A stretch of 52,803 nucleotides of DNA, taken from Chloroflexota bacterium (GTDB taxonomy: Bacteria; Chloroflexota; Anaerolineae; Aggregatilineales; J027). The notes beneath the pieces were generated by a model that had not been told where the DNA came from, did no database searches, and was given only the letters and a program-made list of their open reading frames with translations. Location of the stretch: contig RFGP01000009.1 of NCBI GenBank assembly GCA_003697365.1, forward strand, positions 1 to 52,803, in the 5' to 3' direction. This document shows positions 29,801 through 37,373 of this stretch, piece after piece (within the stretch, counting starts at the first letter, position 1; the number at the start of each line of letters is the position of its first letter). The translations under genes and the position numbers were made by a program.

Positions 29801-32724
29801 CACGAGAAGATACCTTACGAACCCTATTTGTTCCATTAGTGGTCAGTGGTAAGGTGATCGGCGTTATTCGCCTAGATGGCGGGCCCGAATCAGAACCTTT
29901 TACTAATGAGCAAGTGGAACTTGCACAAACAATCGCTAGCCAAGCCTCTATTGCCGTCCAAAATGCTAGCCTTTATGAGCAATCATTACAACGTACTTAT
30001 CAACTTGAAACGCTCTTTGAAGCAGGTCAGGCAACATCTGGTGCCATTGATGTCGTTGACGTTTTACGGCGTGTCGCAACGCAAATGTTAATTGCTTTGC
30101 GAGCAGACAGCACCGAAATTATGCGTTGGGATCAGCTAGAAAATTGTCTAATCGTCGACCAAGCCAAAAGCTCTTGGCTTGACGAAACCACAACCGCTGA
30201 AATACGTGGTCTTGTCTATGATCTCACTACATTTCCACTTCGGCGCGAAGTCTTACAAAATCGCAATACCATCACACTGCGCATTGATGATCAAGACTTA
30301 GACCCTTCAGAAAAAGAGCATATGGAAGTGCACGGCGTAACAAATCGTATTCTCGCGCCGCTAGTTGTCAACGAGGTTTCCATCGGTCTTGTTCAAATAG
30401 ACATTCGCGATGAAAATCGGTTTATCGATGCGAACCAAGTGCGATTAGTACGAACGCTCGCCAACCAAGCAGCCGTTGCCATTGAAAATGCACGCCTACA
30501 AAGCGAAACACGTTCGCAAATTGAAGAGCTTTATCTCATTAATGAGCTAGCTAAAGCGGTTTCAAGTACGGTTGATGTTGATGAGCTCTTTGAAACAGTG
30601 AAGCAACAATTACCTCTACTCACAGATGCGCAATATCTATATGTTGCTATCTATGACCGAGAAACGGGTAAACTTAGCTTTCCTGTTGCTTTAGATGATT
30701 ATGGGAATACTTACGATATTGAGCCCTTTGTTCCTTCAGAACACGATGAATTCGGATATATCATCCGTACACAAGCCCCCTTACTGCTAGCAGGGGTTGG
30801 CTTACAAGATGTTCGTAAACAATTTGGCATCACTGAGCCTATGTTCCCTGAAGCCCGCAGCTTTCTTGGTGTGCCAATGATTGCCGGTGATTCATTTGTC
30901 GGTATTCTTGCACTTAGAGATGATCTTGAGTCTCGCAAATTTGACTTTAACGATCAACGCATTTTGTCTACTGTTAGCTCACAAATTGCTGTCACCCTAC
31001 AGAATGCCAATCTGTTCGCTCGGATTACCGACTTTGCCAATGAACTAAATACGCGCGTAGAAGAGCGAACCGCAGAACTTCTACAAGAACGACAACGTCT
31101 CACAACACTGTATGAAATTGCTTCTGAAATTGCCGCCGCCACACTTGATCTTGATCGCGTTTTGAATCGCACCCTTGAGGCACTATCAGAAGCAATTGGG
31201 GCATCAAGTGGAATTGTGTTGGCAATTGATGATATATCTGACATGCTTTATGTCATTGCTCAACGTGGGCTTGATGTGAGCGATGAATCAGAACGTTTAC
31301 AACTAAGACAAAATGAAGGTCTTGCAGGTTGGGTGATTCAACATCGGCAAGGCGTAGTCATTAATGATGTCCAAAATGATCCTCGTTGGATCTCAGTCAG
31401 TGAACGTGATCGCGCTCCTCGTTCAGCCATTGCAGCGCTTTTAGAAAGCGCAGATGATGTGCGCGGCGTAATTATGTTCTTTAGCGAACGAGAAAACGCC
31501 TTTAACGAAGACCATTTACGCCTTGTTACGGCTGCCTCATTACAACTTGCAAATTCAATGAATAATGCTGAGCTATACAGCCTGATTCGTGATCAAGCTG
31601 AGCGTCTGGGTGCAATTCTGCGACAAGAACAAGTAGAGTCTACGAAGACTTCTGCTATTTTGAACTCAGTTGCAGATGGCGTAATGTATGCTAATGAAAA
31701 AGGCATCATTCGCGTTTTCAATAACACCGCGTCGCAAATTCTAGGATTAGATAGCGAACGTGTTTTGAATCGGCATATTCGTGAATTAGCAGGCGTGTAT
31801 GGTGGTCGAGAAACAGGATGGATGGATGCGATCAATAAATGGATGTCTGATCCTACACAACATGTTGAATCAGACTTCGTTGAGTTCACACTCACACTAG
31901 ATGATGGACGAGTGATTAATGTGCGTCTCTCGCCAGTGAATATGGGCGATCAGTTTTTGGGTACAGTTTCCGTTTTCCGTGATATTACTCGTGAAGTAGA
32001 AGTTGACCGCTTAAAGAGCGAATTTGTGGCTACAGTTTCACATGAGCTGCGCACACCTATGACCAGCATCAAAGGTTATGCTGATCTACTCCTACTTGGG
32101 GCAGCAGGCGCACTGACTGAACCACAACAACGCTTCTTACAAACCATTAAACAAAATGCTGACCGCCTTAGCATCCTTGTGAACGATCTACTAGAAGTTT
32201 CACGCATCGATCAAGGTCAAATGCAGCTACGCTTTGCCCCGATTGATGTTGAAGAAGTACTGCAAACTTTACAATCTCATCTTGCAGGGCGCATCAAAGA
32301 TGCAGAACGCGATATTAAGATAGAACTCCACATGGATGAAGAGATGCCGCCTTTGCGTGGTGATTTTGATCGCGTCATTCAAATTTTGCAAAATCTCGTG
32401 GATAATGCTTTCAACTATTCACAAGACCCCTGCACAATTGGTATCCGTGCAGAGTATAATGCACAAAAGCAAACGATCTTGTTTGCAGTCACAGATGAAG
32501 GCATTGGTATTCCTCCCGAAATTCAGGATCGTATCTTTGAACGATTCTTTAGAGGAGATGAATACAGCGATTTGGTTATGGACACACCCGGCACTGGGCT
32601 AGGCCTTGCCATTGTCAAGGAATTAGTGTCAATGCATGATGGCGATATTTGGTTCGATACTGAAGTCGGCAAGGGTACAACTTTTTATGTTGAATTACCA
32701 ATCTATAATGATACAGAGTCCTAG
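23821..32724 (+). CDS. Giant multi-sensor histidine kinase (TM anchor, ~13 GAF, 2 PAS, HisKA, HATPase_c)
   Basis: Single 2,967-aa ORF. It has an N-terminal TM helix. Thirteen GAF-terminal helices of the form QAAVAIENARL recur every ~170-195 aa. PAS domains lie near aa 1580-1700 and 2600-2720. The H-box is ATVSHELRTPMTSIKGY, with N, G1 and G2 boxes (LVDNAFNY, DEGIGI, GTGLGLAIV). Confidence 0.92.
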   Translation: MSFELLLVTVGLAGLTWLYAFTRQMARSQARFRSVDAKRTIPVNLLNNDGAVIVAEGRGHLIYISPRAAEWFELSGVEPNLTILASRVQPADVFHDLFAQEGRALLRIGMRRVEAASYALPTAEGQRFVVFMREVATSDKEEIFDTARALTVVQDISKTITIGADLNQTMTTILTSISSVIEYDAGEVILWDQTLNRPRPVGKVGNGYSNYVNSSNGNGSSADSDSGYTSWIARYQQPLLLNDVSVRADVGPRSEAFPYQSYVGVPLTVSGRFIGTIELASNKPHAFTHEDLRLLESVAGQAAVAIENSRLATEQANRILQLNGLQNIAQTMGEEVDKRELYQKLHERIANLLNVEICGLLLYDANTDALISQLPFFGVTDAVMSLHRLDVSSKSHAHRIWQSNVWWYSNQVLNDEMSNALNLRGLAETIGIHNAAMIPVSIGGKRIGMLLIANKRDDGNFTDDDMRLASIFATQAAIVVENANLYERERHYMAELANLQEIAQGVRRSPEDLIAHITEHIAQLLEVEMCGILLYENERKLLVAQSPFFGIDDETIKFYQIPIEPESIFVQLQEGKPYWYSNQIGLETWAGAVSFAQLANMAGVRKVMFAPLVVGDIQFGLLQIANPINERNFNQEDGRVLSLAATQAAVLLDNTNLHQDVERLSREALALRRIAERLAMPLNETEIFETVLDELFDVIGCEQVAIALLDNQNGKLVYRNEMMRGIKLPQSPFEIDIYSSDFNHSPIMSRKPFISYDIPNDKRVLPVYRELATLLQLQKDVLIVPLISNQRAIGELAVGNKKQGLFSQSDEELLLAIGAQIATALERARLYSLTDADLRTRIEEQEAIQRIHRELSETLLIDRVLEVIRNEALLTTNAIGVSVGLLLPSTLWVDEDVPELETRLGAELLFPNETNPAIIHRLNDIEKRMFDSAETIVVEDYSNADINAVPSTAQSALVEPIYFENEIIGFIHLYSDKPNTFDATTQAFVKKLGQQASLAVTNARRYRDQVQANERLKRRADQIQNVFRLGELVRQGKDIHAIMDVIAKNIRETVGFEQILIRVLNERDQTFDVVNHLGIDAKSFEDPSVRSRSIEEVNALFDPRWKTGSVYFFPANFQDEWRAGLQSTKLVDDPLKHTSGSGPRRWHPDDLLVIPVYNAAQKLIGIISLDDPKNGMRPTREVIDLLEGFAAQAAFAIESHQLVDNIRQQAEEARRERDRLAQLNLASSEIQRAPDMTSRLNAVAAAIHAAGWQHVQITLRDPQLEPTQFISVGYTPEEEIQIQRTLTPGSVWQERFNDLEFHELKLGNAYYLRYDSEWVTKNIRRGEPADPPQVDEDEWHPQDVIYLPLMGHDQKRIIGLIRLDSPVDGKRPTEQSLQPIELFALQAAAAIENQRLYTETVRQADIEQQLNRLMEAMASTLDQAEIILALSEGLRPFVIFTHMHLAVRSDADPDFFEMTRVELTPDNQTYILPDNPIPLQGTAAGEVYYTGETRIFELNAADAESYEYTDLQTWAAQGERNVLMVPLIAGGDRLGVLRLGSELDQAFRFADSQTLTLIQRMANLTTVSIQNSRLFNNLGESQSFNEAVVQSIQQGIVVLDENLRIRIANQYMMTHYGWTYQAVGSTLFEYLPELSNVLSHPIETVLETGRNTQKMDVTLTGQITNLEFLVNFYIYPLRQGTRVNGVVLLIEDITERAQLEADVRRRAEQLAALTNVSSSMTQTLQPDQVVEVVLDALEEVIPYDGVVLWLEHPTRPNSLEIVAARGFNDPAASSADDLIHLWIEIDDSLLFKEMAQQRQVVNIGDTADDPRFPMGAERVYRCFLAAPLISKGEIIGVLQVEKREPFFYDQNYEQLALAFANQAAVALSNARLFAETQQRAEELRKQAGRLALLNRVSNALSQSLDLENIFEITLRETVNALEVDYAAAIQINIDDGICRVIIEHPRGNIEPTMAFRLNSSKIMERIVEKAQPVLFNDIQAELPERQEDLKRLLPREDTLRTLFVPLVVSGKVIGVIRLDGGPESEPFTNEQVELAQTIASQASIAVQNASLYEQSLQRTYQLETLFEAGQATSGAIDVVDVLRRVATQMLIALRADSTEIMRWDQLENCLIVDQAKSSWLDETTTAEIRGLVYDLTTFPLRREVLQNRNTITLRIDDQDLDPSEKEHMEVHGVTNRILAPLVVNEVSIGLVQIDIRDENRFIDANQVRLVRTLANQAAVAIENARLQSETRSQIEELYLINELAKAVSSTVDVDELFETVKQQLPLLTDAQYLYVAIYDRETGKLSFPVALDDYGNTYDIEPFVPSEHDEFGYIIRTQAPLLLAGVGLQDVRKQFGITEPMFPEARSFLGVPMIAGDSFVGILALRDDLESRKFDFNDQRILSTVSSQIAVTLQNANLFARITDFANELNTRVEERTAELLQERQRLTTLYEIASEIAAATLDLDRVLNRTLEALSEAIGASSGIVLAIDDISDMLYVIAQRGLDVSDESERLQLRQNEGLAGWVIQHRQGVVINDVQNDPRWISVSERDRAPRSAIAALLESADDVRGVIMFFSERENAFNEDHLRLVTAASLQLANSMNNAELYSLIRDQAERLGAILRQEQVESTKTSAILNSVADGVMYANEKGIIRVFNNTASQILGLDSERVLNRHIRELAGVYGGRETGWMDAINKWMSDPTQHVESDFVEFTLTLDDGRVINVRLSPVNMGDQFLGTVSVFRDITREVEVDRLKSEFVATVSHELRTPMTSIKGYADLLLLGAAGALTEPQQRFLQTIKQNADRLSILVNDLLEVSRIDQGQMQLRFAPIDVEEVLQTLQSHLAGRIKDAERDIKIELHMDEEMPPLRGDFDRVIQILQNLVDNAFNYSQDPCTIGIRAEYNAQKQTILFAVTDEGIGIPPEIQDRIFERFFRGDEYSDLVMDTPGTGLGLAIVKELVSMHDGDIWFDTEVGKGTTFYVELPIYNDTES

Positions 32725-32771
32725 TCTGTATCTGTCTATGTTTGAATAATGAATAACTTGTGGAGCACACA

Positions 32772-33149
32772 ATGGCAAAAATCTTGATTGCTGAAGACGA
32801 ACGCGACATCCGCGATTTGATTGAATTTACCCTTCAATTCGCTGGGCATGAAGTAATTAAGGCAAGCAATGGCGCAGAAGCCGTTGAGCTGGCCCCACAA
32901 GTCATGCCTGATTTAATCATGATGGACGTGAGAATGCCTAAAATGACAGGATATGAAGCCTGCCGTGAAATCAAAAAAATGGATTCAGTAAAGCATATTC
33001 CTGTTGTTTTTCTATCTGCTAAAGGGCAAGAATCGGAAATCGACACTGGATTAGAAGCCGGCGCATATGAATATATCTTGAAACCTTTTGCCCCAGATCA
33101 ACTGACTCAGCGCATTAATGAGGTGCTGGCGAAGTTCAATATTCAATAG
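32772..33149 (+). CDS. Single-domain response regulator (CheY-like)
   Basis: MAKILIAEDERDIRDL..., phospho-acceptor context LIMMDVRMPKMTG, and ILKPF. GGAG lies 7 nt before ATG 32772; the ORF-track GTG 32760 is less likely. Confidence 0.9.
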   Translation: MAKILIAEDERDIRDLIEFTLQFAGHEVIKASNGAEAVELAPQVMPDLIMMDVRMPKMTGYEACREIKKMDSVKHIPVVFLSAKGQESEIDTGLEAGAYEYILKPFAPDQLTQRINEVLAKFNIQ

Positions 33150-33163
33150 GGGTATTTATTGTT

Positions 33164-34294
33164 ATGAGTGCAATTACGGTTAGTGGTGATTTACTGCATT
33201 ACGAAGTTTTAGGACGAGGTCGGCCTGTTATTTTGTTGCATAGCTGGTTAGGGTCGTGGCGATATTGGATACCCACGATGCAACAGTTAAGTGTCAAATA
33301 TCGCATCTATGCCCTAGACTTGTGGGGATTTGGTGATTCAGGGAAAAACAAACCGTTTTATCATATTGAAGGTCAAGCCCAACTCCTAGAACAATTCCTT
33401 GAGCGTATGGGAATTAGTAAAGCCGTATTTATTGGTCATGGGTTGGGTGCGGCTGTTATGGCACATTTTGCAACACGCCCTAATTGTGGAAAACTCGTAC
33501 ACCGCATGATGGTCATCTCTCCTCCTTTGTTTGGCGCAGGCTTCAGAAACACGTCATCAGATACGTCTACCTCTGCAACAACGACCACATCAACAAACCA
33601 TGACGAACCTACAGAAAAACCAACGGCAACGACCTTTACATTTACGGTAACAGCTTCTGATGATGCCCCTACTGTTGCGCGTTTAAGTGATGCAGATCGA
33701 GCTATGCTACTTAGAGCAGCAGCTAAAAGTGGTACAGATGAGACAGTAGCATCATCAAAGCAACTTACATCTGACACTGATTCCTCAACAGAGGCCCAAT
33801 CAACAGAGCAAACTTCTACAGAAACACCTAAGCCGCTCTCTACACAAGAGATAATCAGCAATAGTGCAAGTAATCCGTTGGCTAATATGGTACAGCGTAT
33901 GAAACCACAGGCTTTGCTGAGCAGACATGTAGATAATACGTCTCCTGATTTTGAGAAATTACGAGTAGAAGTCGAAAAGGCCGATGAAGAAGCGATACGT
34001 GTCAGCTGTTCATCGCTCAGCCAATACAATCCACTGCAAAAACTATTAAAGGTTTCTACACCTACACTGACGTTGTTTGGCGCAAATGACACCTTTATTC
34101 AAATGCCGGATGAATCCATTCTTGAAGCGGTGTCAAACCATGATCAGATTCGGTTACTAGTGTTGCAAAACACTCGGCATTTTCCCATGTTAGAAGACAC
34201 TCCACGCTTCATACGATTATTAAAGGAATTCTTAGAAGCACCAGACCTTCAACAAATTGAAATGAAGGACGAATGGAAACGACGTTTGCGATAA
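33164..34294 (+). CDS. Alpha/beta-hydrolase-fold protein lacking the nucleophile Ser, with a long Ser/Thr/Glu-rich insertion
   Basis: The N-terminal core is typical (PVILLHSWLGSWRYW ... DLWGFGDSGK). The nucleophile elbow reads GHGLG (33434-33448) instead of GHSxG. A low-complexity insert of roughly 110 aa lies at about 33545-33880. The C-terminal Asp and His regions are retained (FGANDT, NTRHFPMLE). Confidence 0.8.
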   Translation: MSAITVSGDLLHYEVLGRGRPVILLHSWLGSWRYWIPTMQQLSVKYRIYALDLWGFGDSGKNKPFYHIEGQAQLLEQFLERMGISKAVFIGHGLGAAVMAHFATRPNCGKLVHRMMVISPPLFGAGFRNTSSDTSTSATTTTSTNHDEPTEKPTATTFTFTVTASDDAPTVARLSDADRAMLLRAAAKSGTDETVASSKQLTSDTDSSTEAQSTEQTSTETPKPLSTQEIISNSASNPLANMVQRMKPQALLSRHVDNTSPDFEKLRVEVEKADEEAIRVSCSSLSQYNPLQKLLKVSTPTLTLFGANDTFIQMPDESILEAVSNHDQIRLLVLQNTRHFPMLEDTPRFIRLLKEFLEAPDLQQIEMKDEWKRRLR

Positions 34295-34340
34295 TCCAAC
34301 TACCATTGACACACCTCATGAGGTTTGATACGCTAGAGTC

Positions 34341-34447
34341 CCCTCACAGTGGGCCTCATGTTCTGTTGCCTTCCGAACCTGGTCAGGACTGAGAAGTAGC
34401 AGCCATAAGGAATGTGCGCAGGTTCATGGGTAAACCTGCTGTGAGGT
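34341..34447 (+). ncRNA. ffs: Signal recognition particle RNA (small/4.5S type)
   Basis: The conserved domain IV core CCTGGTCAGGACT-GAGA-AGTAGCAGCCATAAGG compares with E. coli CCAGGUCAGGUCC-GGAA-GGAAGCAGCCAAGG and has a GNRA tetraloop. A closing helix CCTCACAG (34342-34349) / CTGTGAGG (34439-34446) is present. The exact ends are uncertain. Confidence 0.75.
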
Positions 34448-34457
34448 TTTAAATCCG

Positions 34458-35510
34458 ATGATGACATCAGCTCTCCCCAACCTACCTCAACGTCGTTTTT
34501 ATCTTCTATTTTTAGGATTATTGGTTATAGGTATTGCCATTGTTGGTATAATTTTATGGTGGCAGAATCAATCTAATTATACGGTCATTATTACAATCAA
34601 TGGGCATATACAAGAAATCAACACTTCTGCCAAAACAGTGGGCGAAGCTATTGATGATGCCAATATCTTGATTGATAAAGCAGATCACATTGAACCACCA
34701 CTAAATAGGCCGCTCACTGATGGCATGACCATCACAATTACCAAAGCTCAACAACTTGTTCTCGATTACAACGGGCAAATTCAACGTGTTTATACTCATG
34801 AAAATGACCCCTACCAAATCTTAAGAGAACAAAATATCATGCTCAGTTCAAATGACACCTTCCTCGTTAACTATCGCCCGGCTAATAATATCAGTAATGG
34901 TGAAACTATCCGCCACTTGAAAATCATCAGCGCAAAGCGATATACAATCGTAGAAGATAATATTGTTATAGCTGAAGGAACTTCAACCGTAGCAACTGTT
35001 GGCGCTCTGCTCGCCGAACTTAATATACCGCTATATGTTGCCGATGAAATTACACCAGCGGTGAATCAACCGTTCGTAGACAATCTAACAATTGAAATCC
35101 AGCGTTCAATACCCATCACAATCGTTGCAGACAGCAAGCGTATCATGACAAGGGCAACGGGTGAAACTGTTTATGATGCTATCAACAGCGCAGGGTTCCC
35201 TTTAAGTGGGCAGGATTACACCATTCCAAATAGTGATACTCCATTGCAAGCCAATATGGTGATAGAGATAGTCCGAGTTTTAGAAACAGTTGAAGAGCAA
35301 CACCAAATTATTCCTTACCGAACGCTATACTATCCCACGCCCGAGCTTCCCGCTGGCCAACAAGAAGTAATTCAAATTGGCATAGAAGGACTTCAAGTGA
35401 CACAAATTCGTACAAGGTATGAAAACAACCAAATCGTTAGTCGTGTTCAATCTGTCCCTTGGATTGTGCAACCGCCAACACACCAAATTATCATTTATGG
35501 TATTCGATAG
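34458..35510 (+). CDS. DUF348-repeat + G5 domain protein (YabE/RpfB-like scaffold without a catalytic domain)
   Basis: 350 aa with an N-terminal TM helix and repeated DUF348-like units (VIITINGHIQEINTSAKTVGEAIDDANI...; YTIVEDNIVIAEGTSTVATVGALLAEL...; ITIVADSKRIMTRATGETVYDAINSAG...). The C-terminal G5-like segment is IPYRTLYYPTPELPAGQQEVIQIGIEGLQ. The ORF ends right after G5. Confidence 0.7.
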   Translation: MMTSALPNLPQRRFYLLFLGLLVIGIAIVGIILWWQNQSNYTVIITINGHIQEINTSAKTVGEAIDDANILIDKADHIEPPLNRPLTDGMTITITKAQQLVLDYNGQIQRVYTHENDPYQILREQNIMLSSNDTFLVNYRPANNISNGETIRHLKIISAKRYTIVEDNIVIAEGTSTVATVGALLAELNIPLYVADEITPAVNQPFVDNLTIEIQRSIPITIVADSKRIMTRATGETVYDAINSAGFPLSGQDYTIPNSDTPLQANMVIEIVRVLETVEEQHQIIPYRTLYYPTPELPAGQQEVIQIGIEGLQVTQIRTRYENNQIVSRVQSVPWIVQPPTHQIIIYGIR

Positions 35511-35520
35511 GATTTTATGA

Positions 35521-36351
35521 ATGTCTAGCCCCAAACAACTTTTAGAAAGCTTGGGCATCACCCCCAAAAAATCTTTAGGACAGAACTATTTACATGATCC
35601 TCAAACACTTGACAAAATCGTTGAAAATGCGCAACTGCCCCCTGAATCTACCGTTCTAGAAATTGGAGCAGGATTAGGAGCATTAAGCGTTCGACTAGCA
35701 CCTATCACAAAGCGCCTTGTATTGGTTGAAACGGATACGCGGGTTCAACCTGTTCTGACTGAAAAGTTAAGCAACTATTCACATGTTGAAATACATTGGG
35801 CAGACATCTTAGAAACAGACATTGATGCAATAATGGGTAAAGCACCTTATCATGTTGTGGCCAATTTGCCCTATTACATCACAAGTGCTATTGTACGCCA
35901 ACTTTTAGAAGCTCAAAATCCACCTCAGAGTATGACTATTACTGTACAGAAAGAAGTCGCTGAGCGAATGGTCGCCACCCCCAATAATATGAGCTTATTA
36001 AGCGTAAGTGTTCAATTTTTTGGTGAGCCTCGTATTGTCATGCGGCTAAATCCGGGTGTATTTTGGCCTGCACCAGAAGTTTCATCAGCAGTCGTTTATA
36101 TTGATTTACGCAAGCGCCCATTGCCAAGCGTAGAAAATCAAGAGCAATTCTTCAAAATTGTTCGCGCAGGGTTCGGACAAAAGCGTAAACAGCTAAAAAA
36201 TGCGCTTGCGCGAGGACTAGGCTTAAGTAGTGATGAAGTTGAAGCATGGCTACAAAATGCTGGAGTTCAACCAACACGACGAGCCGAGACACTAACGCTA
36301 TCTGAATGGGCAAAAATTTATCATACAGCATCATTATTTAATAAATCATAA
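35521..36351 (+). CDS. rsmA: 16S rRNA (adenine1518/1519-N6)-dimethyltransferase
   Basis: 276 aa with KKSLGQNYL, the SAM motif VLEIGAGLGALS, and NLPYYITS. Confidence 0.93.
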   Translation: MSSPKQLLESLGITPKKSLGQNYLHDPQTLDKIVENAQLPPESTVLEIGAGLGALSVRLAPITKRLVLVETDTRVQPVLTEKLSNYSHVEIHWADILETDIDAIMGKAPYHVVANLPYYITSAIVRQLLEAQNPPQSMTITVQKEVAERMVATPNNMSLLSVSVQFFGEPRIVMRLNPGVFWPAPEVSSAVVYIDLRKRPLPSVENQEQFFKIVRAGFGQKRKQLKNALARGLGLSSDEVEAWLQNAGVQPTRRAETLTLSEWAKIYHTASLFNKS

Positions 36352-37105
36352 AGCCATAAGCGCTTACATATATGTTACCTTGTTGGCCATCTAATGGTGC
36401 AATGAGCAATTCAAATTCATAGCTTTCATTAGGTAAAAGTTCTAATTCAAGATTTTTTATGCGAAGCCCATGTAGTTGTTGTTGTGTCTCAATAGTACCG
36501 ATGATTAAATTCAAGTGTATTGACGTTTCAAATGAGTTAACAAAATTCCCCTTGATGATATAATCGCGCCCACGCCACTGTGCTTCAATATTCTGTGGTG
36601 TCAATAACACCAATGCAGTATTTCTGCCAGTCAATGATGAATCTTGCCATTGTACATCAGCAATCGCTTGCCAACTTAGTTCTGGTACAGATGTGAAGAT
36701 CGCACGATAGGGAATGCGTTGTTGCGGCAAAATAACAGGAATATCAGGAGACACCTGAGCTTTATTTAGAACGAACCCTTGCCTAGCTATTAATTGTACA
36801 TCCACTACAACTTGCTCAATCGGGTTAGCTGTATAATTCCATACCCACCCTAAGCAAATAAGTGTACCATTAGGTTGCTCATAACAACTGGGGTCTGTAG
36901 CACGAACGGATGTATACGGCTCTGATGTTACAAAATGAGCATTAGGCGTAGAAGAATGATCTTGTGGCGTTATGGAGGAAGGAAACATTGTAATAGGAGT
37001 CGCGGGCTCAGTTTTTGAAGCAGGCGTAGGGCTAATAATTTGCGTGCAAGCAGTTACCAAAACCCCAACCCAACAAAAAATCCAGCGCAAACCCCAACGC
37101 GACAT
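36338..37105 (-). CDS. Hypothetical lipoprotein
   Basis: 255 aa with a signal peptide ending in a lipobox-like VLVTAC. No family was recognised. It overlaps the rsmA 3' end by 14 nt (convergent). Confidence 0.5.
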   Translation of the reverse strand: MSRWGLRWIFCWVGVLVTACTQIISPTPASKTEPATPITMFPSSITPQDHSSTPNAHFVTSEPYTSVRATDPSCYEQPNGTLICLGWVWNYTANPIEQVVVDVQLIARQGFVLNKAQVSPDIPVILPQQRIPYRAIFTSVPELSWQAIADVQWQDSSLTGRNTALVLLTPQNIEAQWRGRDYIIKGNFVNSFETSIHLNLIIGTIETQQQLHGLRIKNLELELLPNESYEFELLIAPLDGQQGNIYVSAYGFMIY

Positions 37106-37373
37106 GCCGTGCCCAATAACCTTCTGGCTGTTTAAATTAAAATTGCCTCAATACCATTATAAACTAATCCTCAAGCCATAAACACTACGTTCTCTTGACA
37201 GGTTTTGAACTCATTAGACTGGATAATCATAATAAAAACACCAGAGTTGTTCTATGCCCCCCTAGAACTAAAAGTGATGTTACAGAAAACGATGTTAAGT
37301 CTCCGAAGTCATTATCAGTAGTAAAAATCCCCCACGCTTAGATGTCGAGAATATGTTAAAATAAAAATAGGAA

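Noticed and set aside
23821-32724. Giant kinase as a phytochrome- or cyanobacteriochrome-type photoreceptor
   Set aside because: None of the about 13 GAF domains shows the conserved Cys-His, DxCF or N-terminal Cys contexts used for bilin attachment. The only GAF-internal Cys residues (VEICGLLLY, VEMCGILLY) sit in a beta-strand context typical of non-chromophore GAFs.
33436-34092. 218-aa antisense ORF inside the alpha/beta-hydrolase gene
   Set aside because: It is the reverse complement of the Ser/Thr/Glu-rich low-complexity insert, so stop codons are depleted by composition. It has no start context or recognisable domain. The sense-strand protein has clear hydrolase N- and C-terminal halves.
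34295-34457. Possible c-di-AMP (ydaO-type) or other riboswitch in front of the Rpf/YabE-like gene
   Set aside because: The sequence matches the SRP RNA domain IV core (GGTCAGG...GNRA...AGCAGCC..AAGG) much better than any riboswitch consensus I know.
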